A stretch of 64,000 bases of DNA from an uncultured Gallionellaceae bacterium (GTDB lineage: Bacteria > Pseudomonadota > Gammaproteobacteria > Burkholderiales > Gallionellaceae), in contig CAINCU010000035.1 in the NCBI GenBank assembly GCA_903847155.1, positions 2,008-66,007 on the forward strand, given 5' to 3'. Numbering within the stretch: the first letter of the stretch is position 1; every line of letters starts with the position of its first letter. The notes beneath the pieces were generated by a model that saw only the letters and a program-made list of their open reading frames with translations, was not told where the DNA came from and made no database searches. This document shows positions 8,259-17,759 of the stretch, in pieces. Made by a program: the position numbers and the translations under genes.

Positions 8259-8503
8259 CCGTGAAATTGGTCGGCGGTACGGCAACCAATCTTGTGGTGA
8301 GTTATGGCGGCCTTAGTTATCAGTATTCCGGCAAGGGAAACCCCAATGTTTCTTTCGTTACCTTCAGCCATCTCGCGCCCGATCTGATAATGCTGACGCG
8401 CAATGCCACGCCCTGCGCAGGAGTACTCAAGTCATGTGAGGTTATTATCAAAGGCAAAGATGCGACGGGAAATGAAATCAGTCTTGCACTGCCGGTGATG
8501 TAG
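8255..8503 (+). CDS. Small hypothetical protein (82 aa) overlapping the CAP gene stop
   Basis: A TTG start overlaps the TGA (ccTTGAcc), and the purine-rich run aggggagagg lies 12-20 nt upstream. No recognisable family. It overlaps the 3' end of the convergent SDR gene by 26 nt. Confidence 0.3.
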   Translation: MTVKLVGGTATNLVVSYGGLSYQYSGKGNPNVSFVTFSHLAPDLIMLTRNATPCAGVLKSCEVIIKGKDATGNEISLALPVM

Positions 8504-9368
8504 CCACACACGGATAGCGCAGCTTCACTTTCAACTCGCACTTCATCCTCTGATTCGCCATGCGCCGCGATTCATTCATGAACGACCACATCGCTGGCGA
8601 CACGGCACGTTGCACTGCAGAACGCGGCAAGCGTGGCGGGCGCGGCAAGTCGAACGCGTCGGCCACGGCATCGAAGTAGTCGCCCATTTTCATCTGTCCG
8701 TCATCGACGGCGTGATAGACGCGATTCGGTTTGGCGCGGCGTAGGGTTGCGACAATGATGCGCGCCAAGTCGTCGGCGTGGATGTGATTGGTGTAGCTGT
8801 CTTGTTCTTGCACGATGGCGGGCGCGCCCGAGCGTATTCGATCCAGCGGCAGGCGCTCCGCTGCGTAGATGCCGGGGACGCGCAGGATATTGGCGTTCAC
8901 ACGGTTGCGTGTAGCCCAGTTGCGGATTTGATTTTCAGCATCTATGCGCAATTGCGCGCGCCGGGTTTGCGGATTCAACTTATGTGTTTCGCTCACCATG
9001 TCACCGTCGCAATCGCCATATACGCCGCTGGTGCTAATGTAGATGAGTTGTGCCGGCGGTGCGGCGCGCGACAGCGTGGCGAGCAGATGGCGGGTGCGTG
9101 TATCAAAAGTAATCTCCTTCTGCATTCTCCTTGCCAAAGAATGAGTCGCGGGTGGCGCGAAGTGCAGTACGACATCTGCCAAACCCGCAATGCGCGCAAG
9201 GCTGTTTCTGTCGTCAAGGTCGCCCATGACTGGTGTGATGCCAAGCGCACGCAGCCTGTCGCGCTGCGCCGGGTTGCGCAGCAGCGCGTACAGGCGATAG
9301 TGACGTTGCAACAAGGGGATTGTGCGCAGTGCGATGTCGCCGCAGCCGATGATGAGCAGTCGTTTCAT
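8478..9368 (-). CDS. NAD-dependent epimerase/dehydratase family (SDR) protein
   Basis: N-terminal Rossmann motif MKRLLIIGCGDIALR and an extended-SDR-like core (YISTSGVYGD). Confidence 0.8.
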   Translation of the reverse strand: MKRLLIIGCGDIALRTIPLLQRHYRLYALLRNPAQRDRLRALGITPVMGDLDDRNSLARIAGLADVVLHFAPPATHSLARRMQKEITFDTRTRHLLATLSRAAPPAQLIYISTSGVYGDCDGDMVSETHKLNPQTRRAQLRIDAENQIRNWATRNRVNANILRVPGIYAAERLPLDRIRSGAPAIVQEQDSYTNHIHADDLARIIVATLRRAKPNRVYHAVDDGQMKMGDYFDAVADAFDLPRPPRLPRSAVQRAVSPAMWSFMNESRRMANQRMKCELKVKLRYPCVATSPAVQD

Positions 9369-9418
9369 TCCGGAATTATGCGTTAAAATCGCGCCCCTCA
9401 ATCAAGCGGACATCTGTC

Positions 9419-10420
9419 ATGAGTTTCAAGATCACCATCCAGCCCAGCCAGCACAGCTTTACCACCGATGCCGAAGAAACCATTCTGGATGCCGCACTGG
9501 ATCACGGATTGGTGTTGCCTTATAGCTGCCGCAACGGCGCGTGCGGCATGTGCAAGGGCAAGGTGTTGGAAGGTTCGGTGGATTATGGCAAGGCGCAGCC
9601 GTTTATGCTGAGCGATGAGGAAAAGGTGAAGGGCTTGGCGCTATTCTGCTGTGCCAAGCCGTTGTCCGATCTGGTGATCGAAAGCCACGAGGTGACCCGG
9701 TCGCAGGATATTCCGGTGAAGATGCTGCCGTGCCGTGTGGAAAAGATGACCAAGGTAGCGCACGATGTGATGGTGTTGTCGCTCAAACTGCCTGCCAACG
9801 AACGCCTGCAATTCCTCTCCGGACAATATATCGACATCCTGCAAAAAGACGACAAGCCGCGCAGTTTTTCGCTGGCCAATGCGCCGCACGATGACGCTTT
9901 TCTGGAACTGCACATCCGCAATATTGCCGGAGGTAAATTCACCCAGCACGTGTTCAACGGCATGAAGGAGCGCGACATTCTGCGCATCAAGGGGCCGCTC
10001 GGCAGTTTCTTCCTGCACGAGGATTCCGACAAACCTATCGTGTTCGTAGCCAGCGGCACTGGCTTTGCGCCGGTCAAGGCGATCATCGAACATGCGCTGC
10101 ACATCGGTTTCAAACGCGAGATGCATTTCTACTGGGGCGTGCGCAAAGTGGCCGACCTGTACATGCTGGACAAGATCAAAACCTGGGAAGCGCAAGGCAT
10201 CAAATTCACGCCAGTGGTTTCGGATGAAGCCTGGGACGGGCGCTCAGGCTTTGTACATCAGGCGGTGCTGGAAGATTTCAAGGATTTATCCGGCTATGTG
10301 GTGTATGCCTGCGGCGCGCCGGTGGTGGTGGAAGCGGCACACCGCGATTTCACCAGCCAGCGCAGCTTGGCAAATGAGGCGTTCTACTCGGATGTATTCA
10401 CGTTTGTCGCAAAAGTCTGA
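9419..10420 (+). CDS. 2Fe-2S ferredoxin / FNR-type flavin reductase (CDP-6-deoxy-delta-3,4-glucoseen reductase-like)
   Basis: Plant-type 2Fe-2S motif CRNGACGMCKGK...C, FAD-binding RSFSLAN, and NAD-binding motif FVASGTGFAPVKAI. Confidence 0.85.
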   Translation: MSFKITIQPSQHSFTTDAEETILDAALDHGLVLPYSCRNGACGMCKGKVLEGSVDYGKAQPFMLSDEEKVKGLALFCCAKPLSDLVIESHEVTRSQDIPVKMLPCRVEKMTKVAHDVMVLSLKLPANERLQFLSGQYIDILQKDDKPRSFSLANAPHDDAFLELHIRNIAGGKFTQHVFNGMKERDILRIKGPLGSFFLHEDSDKPIVFVASGTGFAPVKAIIEHALHIGFKREMHFYWGVRKVADLYMLDKIKTWEAQGIKFTPVVSDEAWDGRSGFVHQAVLEDFKDLSGYVVYACGAPVVVEAAHRDFTSQRSLANEAFYSDVFTFVAKV

Positions 10421-10474
10421 AACGTCGCATCGCGCAAAGCCAGCAAATACGGCAATCTTCAGACAGTACATGAT

Positions 10475-10560
10475 GTAGATCGCCTATTGACGGGCGTGTG
10501 CGTGGTGGTTGCCGACTTGTCGGCTTTACAACCACGGCATACCCCTTGCGGGTATTCCAC
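10475..10560 (-). repeat. REP-like core plus the 62-nt hairpin module (inverted copy of 4797-4881)
   Basis: gtagatcgcctattgacgggcg is followed by a sequence near-identical to the reverse complement of 4797-4858. Confidence 0.8.
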
Positions 10561-10586
10561 GATGCTTGTTGTTGCGCAGACGCGAA

Positions 10587-11762
10587 TTACTCCTCAGTCA
10601 GCTGGTTCGCCAACTGGTACTGCTTGAACGCTTCATCCGGTTTGTGCAGCTTCTCTGCCAGTTGCGCCAGCGTGGTATGCGCCTCGCGGCTAGGGTGCAG
10701 GCTGAGGCTGGCATCCAGATAGTTTTTCGCTTTGCCCCACAATTCCTGATGCAAACACAGCTTGCCCAGCGCCAGCAATAATCCGGCATCATCGTGATGA
10801 ATTTTCAACCAGCGCTCGGCCTGGTCGATCTGCACAATGACGCTGCCATCCAGACAGTCGCCATATAGCGCGACCAGTTCGCTATCCCATTCGGCGTTCA
10901 AACTTTCCGTCACCAGGTTGCGCGCCATGGCGCACTCGCCCAACTGTTTGAAGATGCGTGCGGCCTCGGCGGCAACACGGTTGCGGCGTTTGAACTCGGC
11001 GGGCATGCTTTTCCATACCACGCGCAGCTCTTCGATGTCGCGTGCGCACTTGCGCAGCTTTTCCAGCCAGGCCTGCTGACGCATTTGTGTCGCCATCTGC
11101 GCATTGATGGAGTTGCGTTTTTCCAGTTGATTCACCAAGTCCAGCACTGCGTCCCAGTTGCGCGCCTGTTGCTGCGCTTTCAATGCCAGACTCAGCGCGC
11201 CGCTGTGTTTGTTGACCCCGAACTCGCTCAATTGCCTGAGCGTGTTGAGGGCAGTTTGCGGTTGTTTCTGTTCGAGATTGAATTCGGCTTTCGCCAACAG
11301 GCGCATGGTTTCTTCGCCCACCGTTTTTCCTTCAGCTTCGGCGAGATAGGCATCGCGCCGCTCGAATTCACGCAACTCGTTGGCGGCGCGCGCGGCGATG
11401 ATGGAATTGAGCCCCGAATTTTCGCCCATATCCATTGCACGCACTGCAGCTTTTTCTGCCGCTGCATAGCGCCCTTCAAAATAGGATATCAGCGCTTCCT
11501 GCATTGCCATACGTCCTTTGCTCAACGCGCGCTCGGCGCGGAATGCGCGCACGTATTGCGGCAAATTCACCGCTACTGAAACCATGCGCAGCAGCAGATA
11601 GCCCAACGTGAACACAGTAAACAATCCCAATATGAAAAAATTAAACGACATGCTTATTCGATGTGGCGGATACACCATCACCACATAGCCCGTGTTGTGC
11701 GCGGCCACAGCCACTGCCACCGCCGTAGCGAACAAGGCCAATAGCCAGATCAGGAATTTCAT
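10587..11762 (-). CDS. hemY: HemY-like protein (heme biosynthesis-associated TPR membrane protein)
   Basis: Two N-terminal TM helices plus a TPR-like body. It is the last gene of the hemCDXY arrangement, and its ATGA start overlaps the hemX stop. Confidence 0.85.
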   Translation of the reverse strand: MKFLIWLLALFATAVAVAVAAHNTGYVVMVYPPHRISMSFNFFILGLFTVFTLGYLLLRMVSVAVNLPQYVRAFRAERALSKGRMAMQEALISYFEGRYAAAEKAAVRAMDMGENSGLNSIIAARAANELREFERRDAYLAEAEGKTVGEETMRLLAKAEFNLEQKQPQTALNTLRQLSEFGVNKHSGALSLALKAQQQARNWDAVLDLVNQLEKRNSINAQMATQMRQQAWLEKLRKCARDIEELRVVWKSMPAEFKRRNRVAAEAARIFKQLGECAMARNLVTESLNAEWDSELVALYGDCLDGSVIVQIDQAERWLKIHHDDAGLLLALGKLCLHQELWGKAKNYLDASLSLHPSREAHTTLAQLAEKLHKPDEAFKQYQLANQLTEE

Positions 11763-12850
11763 CGCATGCCCCGCTCATGGGTGATACGATAATTGCGCAC
11801 TGCTTCCAGGCTGTCACTGATGTCCGGCACATCGATGGAGATGTCAGAGACAATCAAGGTTTGCAAATCGCTCAAGGTTTGCGTGGCCTCATTCGATTGG
11901 CTATTGAAATAGCGTTTTACCCATATTTGTGCGGTCTTCAGTTCGCGACGGAAACTCGCTTCGTCGTGCGACTGCAACGCCAAGCGCGCGGTAAGCAGGC
12001 GCAGTTTCAGATTCTCGCGCAGGAAAAAAGTCTGGTCGGGCGACAGCAGCGGCATCTCTTTCTGCTGAGTATTCTCAATACGCACCAATCCGCGTACTTC
12101 TTGCCACACTTCTTGCCAGAAACGTTGCCACGCGCTGCCACCTTCAAGTTTCTGTTCAACCAGCGCCGTTTCCGCCTGTGGACGTCCATCCTGTTCCAGC
12201 GGTAACGTATCGGCGGCAATGATGAGCTTGTCCAGTTGCTGACTGATGGCAGGTACGTTGATGCTCGGCAGCGCGCGCAGGCGCTCAATGTCGCGATTGA
12301 GGCGCTTACCCAGTTCGCCGAGGCCGGGCCGATCCATGCGCTTGAGGCGTGCTTGCGCATCCTGCATGGCGATCAAGGCGGCTTTCACATTGGCGGAGAG
12401 TTGCAACTGCTGACCGGCGATGAGCAGCATCTGTTCCACTTCCGCCAGCGCGGTCTGATCGCGGCTGCTCGACATTTCCTGATACAACGCTTCCAGCGCG
12501 GCGCGTTGCGCCTGCGTCTCGGCAAACTTGTTTTCCAGCACGCTCAACTTGCCGCCCAGTTCGCGCACCAGTTCCTGATTCTGCGCAACTAGCGTTTGAT
12601 TCGCCTTGTTGCCGCCTTCCACTTCAGTCATGCGCCGCGCCACTTCCTGTTGCAGTTGATTGATGCTGGAATGCGCGTCGAACCATTGCCACACGAATAC
12701 CACCGCCAGCACCAACAGCGTGAGTTGGGTCAGCGTCATGCGCGAAATGAAATTGACCAGCGCATTGCCTTGCGCTGCGGCATGCGCCGCCGGCGCGGTT
12801 TGGGTCGGCTCGGATGGTGCGGATTGCGTTGGTGGTGTTTGGTCGCTCAT
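11759..12850 (-). CDS. hemX: HemX (uroporphyrinogen-III C-methyltransferase-annotated membrane protein)
   Basis: Pro/Ala-rich N-terminus, a single TM helix, a coiled-coil region, and position between hemD and hemY. Confidence 0.8.
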   Translation of the reverse strand: MSDQTPPTQSAPSEPTQTAPAAHAAAQGNALVNFISRMTLTQLTLLVLAVVFVWQWFDAHSSINQLQQEVARRMTEVEGGNKANQTLVAQNQELVRELGGKLSVLENKFAETQAQRAALEALYQEMSSSRDQTALAEVEQMLLIAGQQLQLSANVKAALIAMQDAQARLKRMDRPGLGELGKRLNRDIERLRALPSINVPAISQQLDKLIIAADTLPLEQDGRPQAETALVEQKLEGGSAWQRFWQEVWQEVRGLVRIENTQQKEMPLLSPDQTFFLRENLKLRLLTARLALQSHDEASFRRELKTAQIWVKRYFNSQSNEATQTLSDLQTLIVSDISIDVPDISDSLEAVRNYRITHERGMR

Positions 12851-12854
12851 TGCG

Positions 12855-13616
12855 TTAATCCCGTTTGGTATGTGCCCATGCTATCAAAGCTGCCAGCATT
12901 CCGTCATCCCCAGATTCGGAAACGACGATCTCGCGCCAACCCTGTTGTCGCGCCAGCTCCGCGATGCGCGGATGCAACACGAATAACGCTGTGCCCGCAA
13001 GCCCCGTCCTGCCTTGTTCTCCGAGCACATCCCAGAGATGGGCCAAGGCTTCGCTGCTGGTCACGATCATCGCATCCGGCTTGGCCTCCAGCAGAGCGAC
13101 GACATCCAGCTGCGCTTTGCCGCGCTGATAACAGGTGATGTATTCGATTTGCGCACCGCGCGACTTGAGCGTATCGCCCAGCAACTCGCGTCCGCCGTCG
13201 CCGCGCAAGATCGCCACGCGCCAGCCCGAGACATGGTGCAATTCGGGTAAGGCCAGCAAGGTTTCGCTGTCGAAGTTAGTGGTAGGCGCGATGATTTCCT
13301 GCACGCCCAAGTCGCGCAAGGCTTGCGCGCTGCTTTGCCCGACGGCGGCGACACGCACCGTGTCCGGCACTTCGCTGATTGCTTGCATGCCGTATTTCAC
13401 CGCGTTCGGGCTGATGAAGATGACCAGATCGAAACGGGCGATGTGCGACAGTTGTTCGCGCAATGCGGTTTGGTCGGTTACAGCGGTGATTTCCAGCAAG
13501 GGGAACAACAGCGGCTTGCCACCCAACTCTTCGATGTCCCGCAACAGCCCTGCCGCCTGCTCACGCGGGCGCGTGATGACGATGTTGAGACCTGCGAGAG
13601 GCAAGTTGGAAGTCAT
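12855..13616 (-). CDS. hemD: Uroporphyrinogen-III synthase
   Basis: 253 aa starting MTSNLPLAGLNIVITRPREQA, with the HemD fold pattern and a position after hemC. Confidence 0.85.
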   Translation of the reverse strand: MTSNLPLAGLNIVITRPREQAAGLLRDIEELGGKPLLFPLLEITAVTDQTALREQLSHIARFDLVIFISPNAVKYGMQAISEVPDTVRVAAVGQSSAQALRDLGVQEIIAPTTNFDSETLLALPELHHVSGWRVAILRGDGGRELLGDTLKSRGAQIEYITCYQRGKAQLDVVALLEAKPDAMIVTSSEALAHLWDVLGEQGRTGLAGTALFVLHPRIAELARQQGWREIVVSESGDDGMLAALIAWAHTKRD

Positions 13617-13626
13617 AAATTCATTT

Positions 13627-13680
13627 GCCACAGAGACCACAGAGAAAGCCGTTTAAGTCTTTCTCTGTGGTCTCTGTGGC
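13627..13680. repeat. Perfect 22-bp stem with a 10-nt loop between hemC and hemD
   Basis: gccacagagaccacagagaaag-ccgtttaagt-ctttctctgtggtctctgtggc. No U-run follows on the minus strand. Confidence 0.8.
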
Positions 13681-13696
13681 TAGCAGTTTTTGCAAC

Positions 13697-14641
13697 TTAC
13701 AAAGACAGCGCCGCGAGGATTTCCCCTGCGCCTTGCTTGAGCAAGTCCTGCGCGACCACGTCGCCCAGCGCTTCCGCTTGCGCTATTTCGCCTAAATGTT
13801 CAGCGCGCAACAAACGCGTGCCGTCCGGTGTGGCGACAAATCCGCGCATGCGCAGTTTGCCGTTCTGCACTTCGGCGAAGCCGCCCAGCGGTACCTGGCA
13901 ACTGCCGGCCAAGGCTCGGCTCATGGCACGTTCTGCCAACACACAGGCAGCAGTGTCGGCGTGATGCAGCGGTGCCAGCACGGCCTTCAGGTCGGAACGG
14001 TCAGCACGCGTCTCAATGCCCAGCGCGCCTTGTCCCACCGCAGGCAAGCTGTCTTCGCTGGAGATGACAGCACGGATGCGCGCGCCCAAGCCCAGACGTT
14101 TCAGTCCGGCGGCGGCGAGGATGATGGCGGCGTATTGGCCTTCATCCAGTTTGCGCAAACGGGTCTGCACGTTGCCGCGCAGTGGCTCGATCTTCAGATG
14201 CGGGAAGCGCGCGCGCAACTGGCTTTCGCGACGCAGACTGGAAGTGCCGACCACGCTGCCCGCAGGCAGCGCGGCGAGGTTGTCGAAATGGTTGGAGATG
14301 AAGGCATCGCGCGGGTCTTCGCGTTCGCCAATGCAGGCCAGCACAAAACCGTTCGGCAGATTCATCGGCACGTCTTTCAGCGAGTGCACGGCGATGTCGG
14401 CGCTGCCATTTTCCAGCGCCGTCTCCAGCTCTTTCACGAATAAGCCCTTGCCGCCGATCTTGGACAAAGTCACGTCCAGAATCTGGTCGCCCTGGGTGGT
14501 CATGCCCAAAATGCTGACTGAAGTTTGTGGGTATAATGCGCGCAGCCTGTCTCGTATGTGTTCTGCTTGCCACATGGCCAATGCGCTCTCGCGCGATGCG
14601 ATCACGATACGTGCCGGAGGTGTAATAGAAGCCTGACTCAT
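13697..14641 (-). CDS. hemC: Hydroxymethylbilane synthase (porphobilinogen deaminase)
   Basis: 314 aa with [26 protein letters not shown] and LRGNVQTRL motifs. Confidence 0.95.
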   Translation of the reverse strand: MSQASITPPARIVIASRESALAMWQAEHIRDRLRALYPQTSVSILGMTTQGDQILDVTLSKIGGKGLFVKELETALENGSADIAVHSLKDVPMNLPNGFVLACIGEREDPRDAFISNHFDNLAALPAGSVVGTSSLRRESQLRARFPHLKIEPLRGNVQTRLRKLDEGQYAAIILAAAGLKRLGLGARIRAVISSEDSLPAVGQGALGIETRADRSDLKAVLAPLHHADTAACVLAERAMSRALAGSCQVPLGGFAEVQNGKLRMRGFVATPDGTRLLRAEHLGEIAQAEALGDVVAQDLLKQGAGEILAALSL

Positions 14642-14734
14642 CGGGTTTTCCTAATCAATAATTGTGTGGTAAATACGCAGCGCATTCTAACAGGTGCGCC
14701 ATGCTTTTGCGCCGACGACCATGGCAGGATCAGT

Positions 14735-17503
14735 ATGAATCGAATCTCAGTTCCTGACGACATTTCCAGCAAGGATTTACCGCTACGCGAGGACGTGCGC
14801 CTGTTGGGGCGTATTTTCGGCAATACCTTGCGCGAACAGGAAGGTGAGGTATATTTTCAGTTGGTCGAGAGCGTGCGTAAGGCTGCCGTGCGCTTCCGCA
14901 AAACGCAGGACGAGCGCGACGGCGAAGCACTGGAACAGATGCTGGATGCGCTTTCATCCACTGAGACGCTGGCTGTGGTGCGTGCCTTCAGTTATTTTTC
15001 GCAGCTCTCCAACATCGCCGAGGATTTGCATCACAATCGCAGCCATCGCACCCAACTCAAGGCAGGTTTCCCGCCAACCAACGGTTCGCTCCAACTGGCT
15101 TTGGATCGGCTTGAAACGAGGAAACTGAACAAAGACCAGTTGCAGTCTTTCCTGAACAGCGCGCTCATTTCACCGGTATTGACCGCACACCCCACCGAGG
15201 TGCACCGCAAAAGCATCCTTGATTGTCAGCTCTATATCGCCAGTTTTCTCGCCGAACGCGACCGTATGGACATGACCCCGGACGAACTGGCAGAGAACGA
15301 GGAATCGCTGCGCCGTTCCGTGCTGATTTTGTGGCAAACGCGCATGTTGCGGCCCGCCAAGCTGACCGTGCGCGACGAGATCAACAATGGGTTGGAGTAT
15401 TACCGTTACACTTTTCTGGTCGAGATTCCAAAGATATACGCCAATCTGGAAAAGCAGTTCGAAACACGCTTCGACAAGGACATCAGGATCCCCCCGTTGC
15501 TGCGCATCGGCAGCTGGATCGGCGGCGACCGCGACGGCAATCCGTTCGTCACGCACGACGTGATGCTGAATGCGTTGCAGCAACAGTCCACATTGGCTTT
15601 TGAACACTATCTGACAGATACCTATACGCTGGGCCGCAGCCTGAGCCTGACAGATCGGTTGGCCGATGTCAGCGACGAATTGCGCAAGCTGTCCGATGCT
15701 TCGCCGGACAAAGATCCCGCGCGTGCTGACGAACCATACCGCCGCGCCTTAAACCTGATCTATTCGCGGCTGTCGATCACCTCAAAACAGTTTGGCCACA
15801 AGATCGCGCACCAGCCACCGCTGGGCGCACATGCGCAGCCTTATGCCACACCGCAGGAATTCATCGCCGATCTCGACATATTGATCGACTCGCTGTTCAA
15901 GCACGGCGCGGTATATCTGGCCAGAGGACGGCTGGCCAACCTGCGCCGCTCGGTCGAAGTGTTTGGCTTCCACCTCGCACCGCTGGACATGCGCCAGCAC
16001 AGCGCTATCATCGAACAAACCATCAGCGAGCTGTTTTCACATAGCACGGGTAGGGCCAATTACCCCGATCTCGACGAAGCGGACAAACGCACCGTGTTAC
16101 TGGAAGCCTTGCAGAAAGCCGCCTGTCTGCTGACGGACATCAAACACTATTCCGACGCGACGCAGGAAGAGCTGCGCATTATGCAGACGGCGGCAGAAAT
16201 TCATAAACGCTACGGACGTGCCGCGCTGCCCAACCACATCATCTCCAAGACCGATGCAGTGAGCGACATGCTGGAGCTGGCGCTGATGCTGCAGCAAGTC
16301 GGCTTGCTGCAAGGTAGCGATACGCTGCACGTCAACATCATCCCGTTGTTCGAAACCATCGAAGACTTGCGCGGTTGCGCCACTATCATGGATGAATTGT
16401 TTGCCATCCCGTGGTATCGCCAGCTTCTGCTCAGTCGCGGCGACACGCAGGAAGTGATGCTGGGCTACTCCGACAGCAACAAGGACGGCGGCTATCTCAC
16501 CGCCAACTGGGAGTTGTACAAGGCCGAAGTCGAACTGGTGAAAGTGTTCGAGAAACACGGTATCGAGCTGCGCCTGTTCCACGGGCGCGGCGGCACCGTC
16601 GGGCGCGGTGGCGGCCCCAGTTACGATGCGATTTTGGCGCAACCACCGGGCAGCGTGAACGGGCAGATTCGCATTACCGAGCAGGGCGAAGTCATTGCCA
16701 GCAAGTATTCCAACCCTGAGATCGGTCGCCGCAATCTGGAAACGCTGCTCGCCGCAACCATGGAAGCCACGTTGCTGCATCACCACGGCGCGGATAGCAC
16801 CATGCCGGAATATCATCGCATCATGGAAGAACTGAGCCGCGATGCTTTCGCCGCATATCGCAAGCTGGTGTATGAGACTCCCGGCTTCACCGATTTTTTC
16901 TTTACCGCCACGCCGATCCGCGAGATCGCTGAACTCAACATCGGTAGCCGCCCCTCGTCGCGCAAACCTTCCGATCACATTGAGGACTTGCGTGCCATTC
17001 CTTGGGTGTTCAGCTGGGGCTTGATTCGCGTGATGCTGCCCGGTTGGTATGGCTTTGGTTATGCGGTGAAGCAATTCATTGAACGCGAGGGGGATGACGG
17101 CCTCAAGCAGTTGCAAGTCATGTACAAGAACTGGGCATTTTTCCGTGGCATGATATCCAATATGGATATGGTGCTATCCAAGACCGACATGGGTATTGCA
17201 TCGCGTTATGCCGAACTGGTGCAGGATGTTGAATTGCGCGAGCGCATCTTCGGCGCAATCTGCAGTGAATGGGAAACCACCATCGAAATGTTGTTCGCCG
17301 TTACCGGAAACACCACCCTGCTGCAGGATGCTCCGGCTTTCGCGCGCAGCTTGTTGAATAGAACGCCGTACATCGATCCGCTCAATCACTTGCAGGTTGC
17401 CCTGTTGCATAGACACCGTGCGGGCGACAAGGATGAAAAGGTAAAGCGCGCGATCCACCTCTCCATCAACGGCATCGCCACCGGGCTGCGCAATAGCGGT
17501 TAA
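14735..17503 (+). CDS. ppc: Phosphoenolpyruvate carboxylase
   Basis: 922 aa from MNRISVPDD. It contains the signatures VLTAHPTE, GYSDSNKDGG and FHGRGGTVGRGGGP, and ends in the C-terminal NSG. The longer ORF start at 14558 overlaps divergent hemC and was rejected. Confidence 0.95.
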   Translation: MNRISVPDDISSKDLPLREDVRLLGRIFGNTLREQEGEVYFQLVESVRKAAVRFRKTQDERDGEALEQMLDALSSTETLAVVRAFSYFSQLSNIAEDLHHNRSHRTQLKAGFPPTNGSLQLALDRLETRKLNKDQLQSFLNSALISPVLTAHPTEVHRKSILDCQLYIASFLAERDRMDMTPDELAENEESLRRSVLILWQTRMLRPAKLTVRDEINNGLEYYRYTFLVEIPKIYANLEKQFETRFDKDIRIPPLLRIGSWIGGDRDGNPFVTHDVMLNALQQQSTLAFEHYLTDTYTLGRSLSLTDRLADVSDELRKLSDASPDKDPARADEPYRRALNLIYSRLSITSKQFGHKIAHQPPLGAHAQPYATPQEFIADLDILIDSLFKHGAVYLARGRLANLRRSVEVFGFHLAPLDMRQHSAIIEQTISELFSHSTGRANYPDLDEADKRTVLLEALQKAACLLTDIKHYSDATQEELRIMQTAAEIHKRYGRAALPNHIISKTDAVSDMLELALMLQQVGLLQGSDTLHVNIIPLFETIEDLRGCATIMDELFAIPWYRQLLLSRGDTQEVMLGYSDSNKDGGYLTANWELYKAEVELVKVFEKHGIELRLFHGRGGTVGRGGGPSYDAILAQPPGSVNGQIRITEQGEVIASKYSNPEIGRRNLETLLAATMEATLLHHHGADSTMPEYHRIMEELSRDAFAAYRKLVYETPGFTDFFFTATPIREIAELNIGSRPSSRKPSDHIEDLRAIPWVFSWGLIRVMLPGWYGFGYAVKQFIEREGDDGLKQLQVMYKNWAFFRGMISNMDMVLSKTDMGIASRYAELVQDVELRERIFGAICSEWETTIEMLFAVTGNTTLLQDAPAFARSLLNRTPYIDPLNHLQVALLHRHRAGDKDEKVKRAIHLSINGIATGLRNSG

Positions 17504-17759
17504 TGCCGGCCAAGCTAAGCCCTCCTGATCCTTGTTGCCAGAGACAATCACTTGCTACTGGGTGTTCCGCGCAAAAAATATTCGGAACTTAGGCGCGAAA
17601 TTTGATGTCCGATATGGTGTGTGTTGTCGGCATGTAAATATTTGTAAACTTTTCCGAAAATATTCGCCGATGTATGGCGGGTGATAATATTCATCGTAGT
17701 CAAAAGTTTCGGATTTGCTGGTTTTCGTCACCCGGAATAATCAATCTAAGGAGAACGAT

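Noticed and set aside
14558-14734. The N-terminal extension of the ppc ORF, and similar long N-terminal extensions at 1686..2366, 2285..2926, 7161..8258, 25543..26718, 30805..31671, 31593..32678, 43012..45759 and 53367..54821
   Set aside because: The extensions overlap neighbouring genes or precede obvious signal peptides and conserved N-termini. Internal starts with better context were used instead.
16097-17116. A 339-aa ORF antisense to ppc
   Set aside because: A shadow ORF inside a confidently identified gene.
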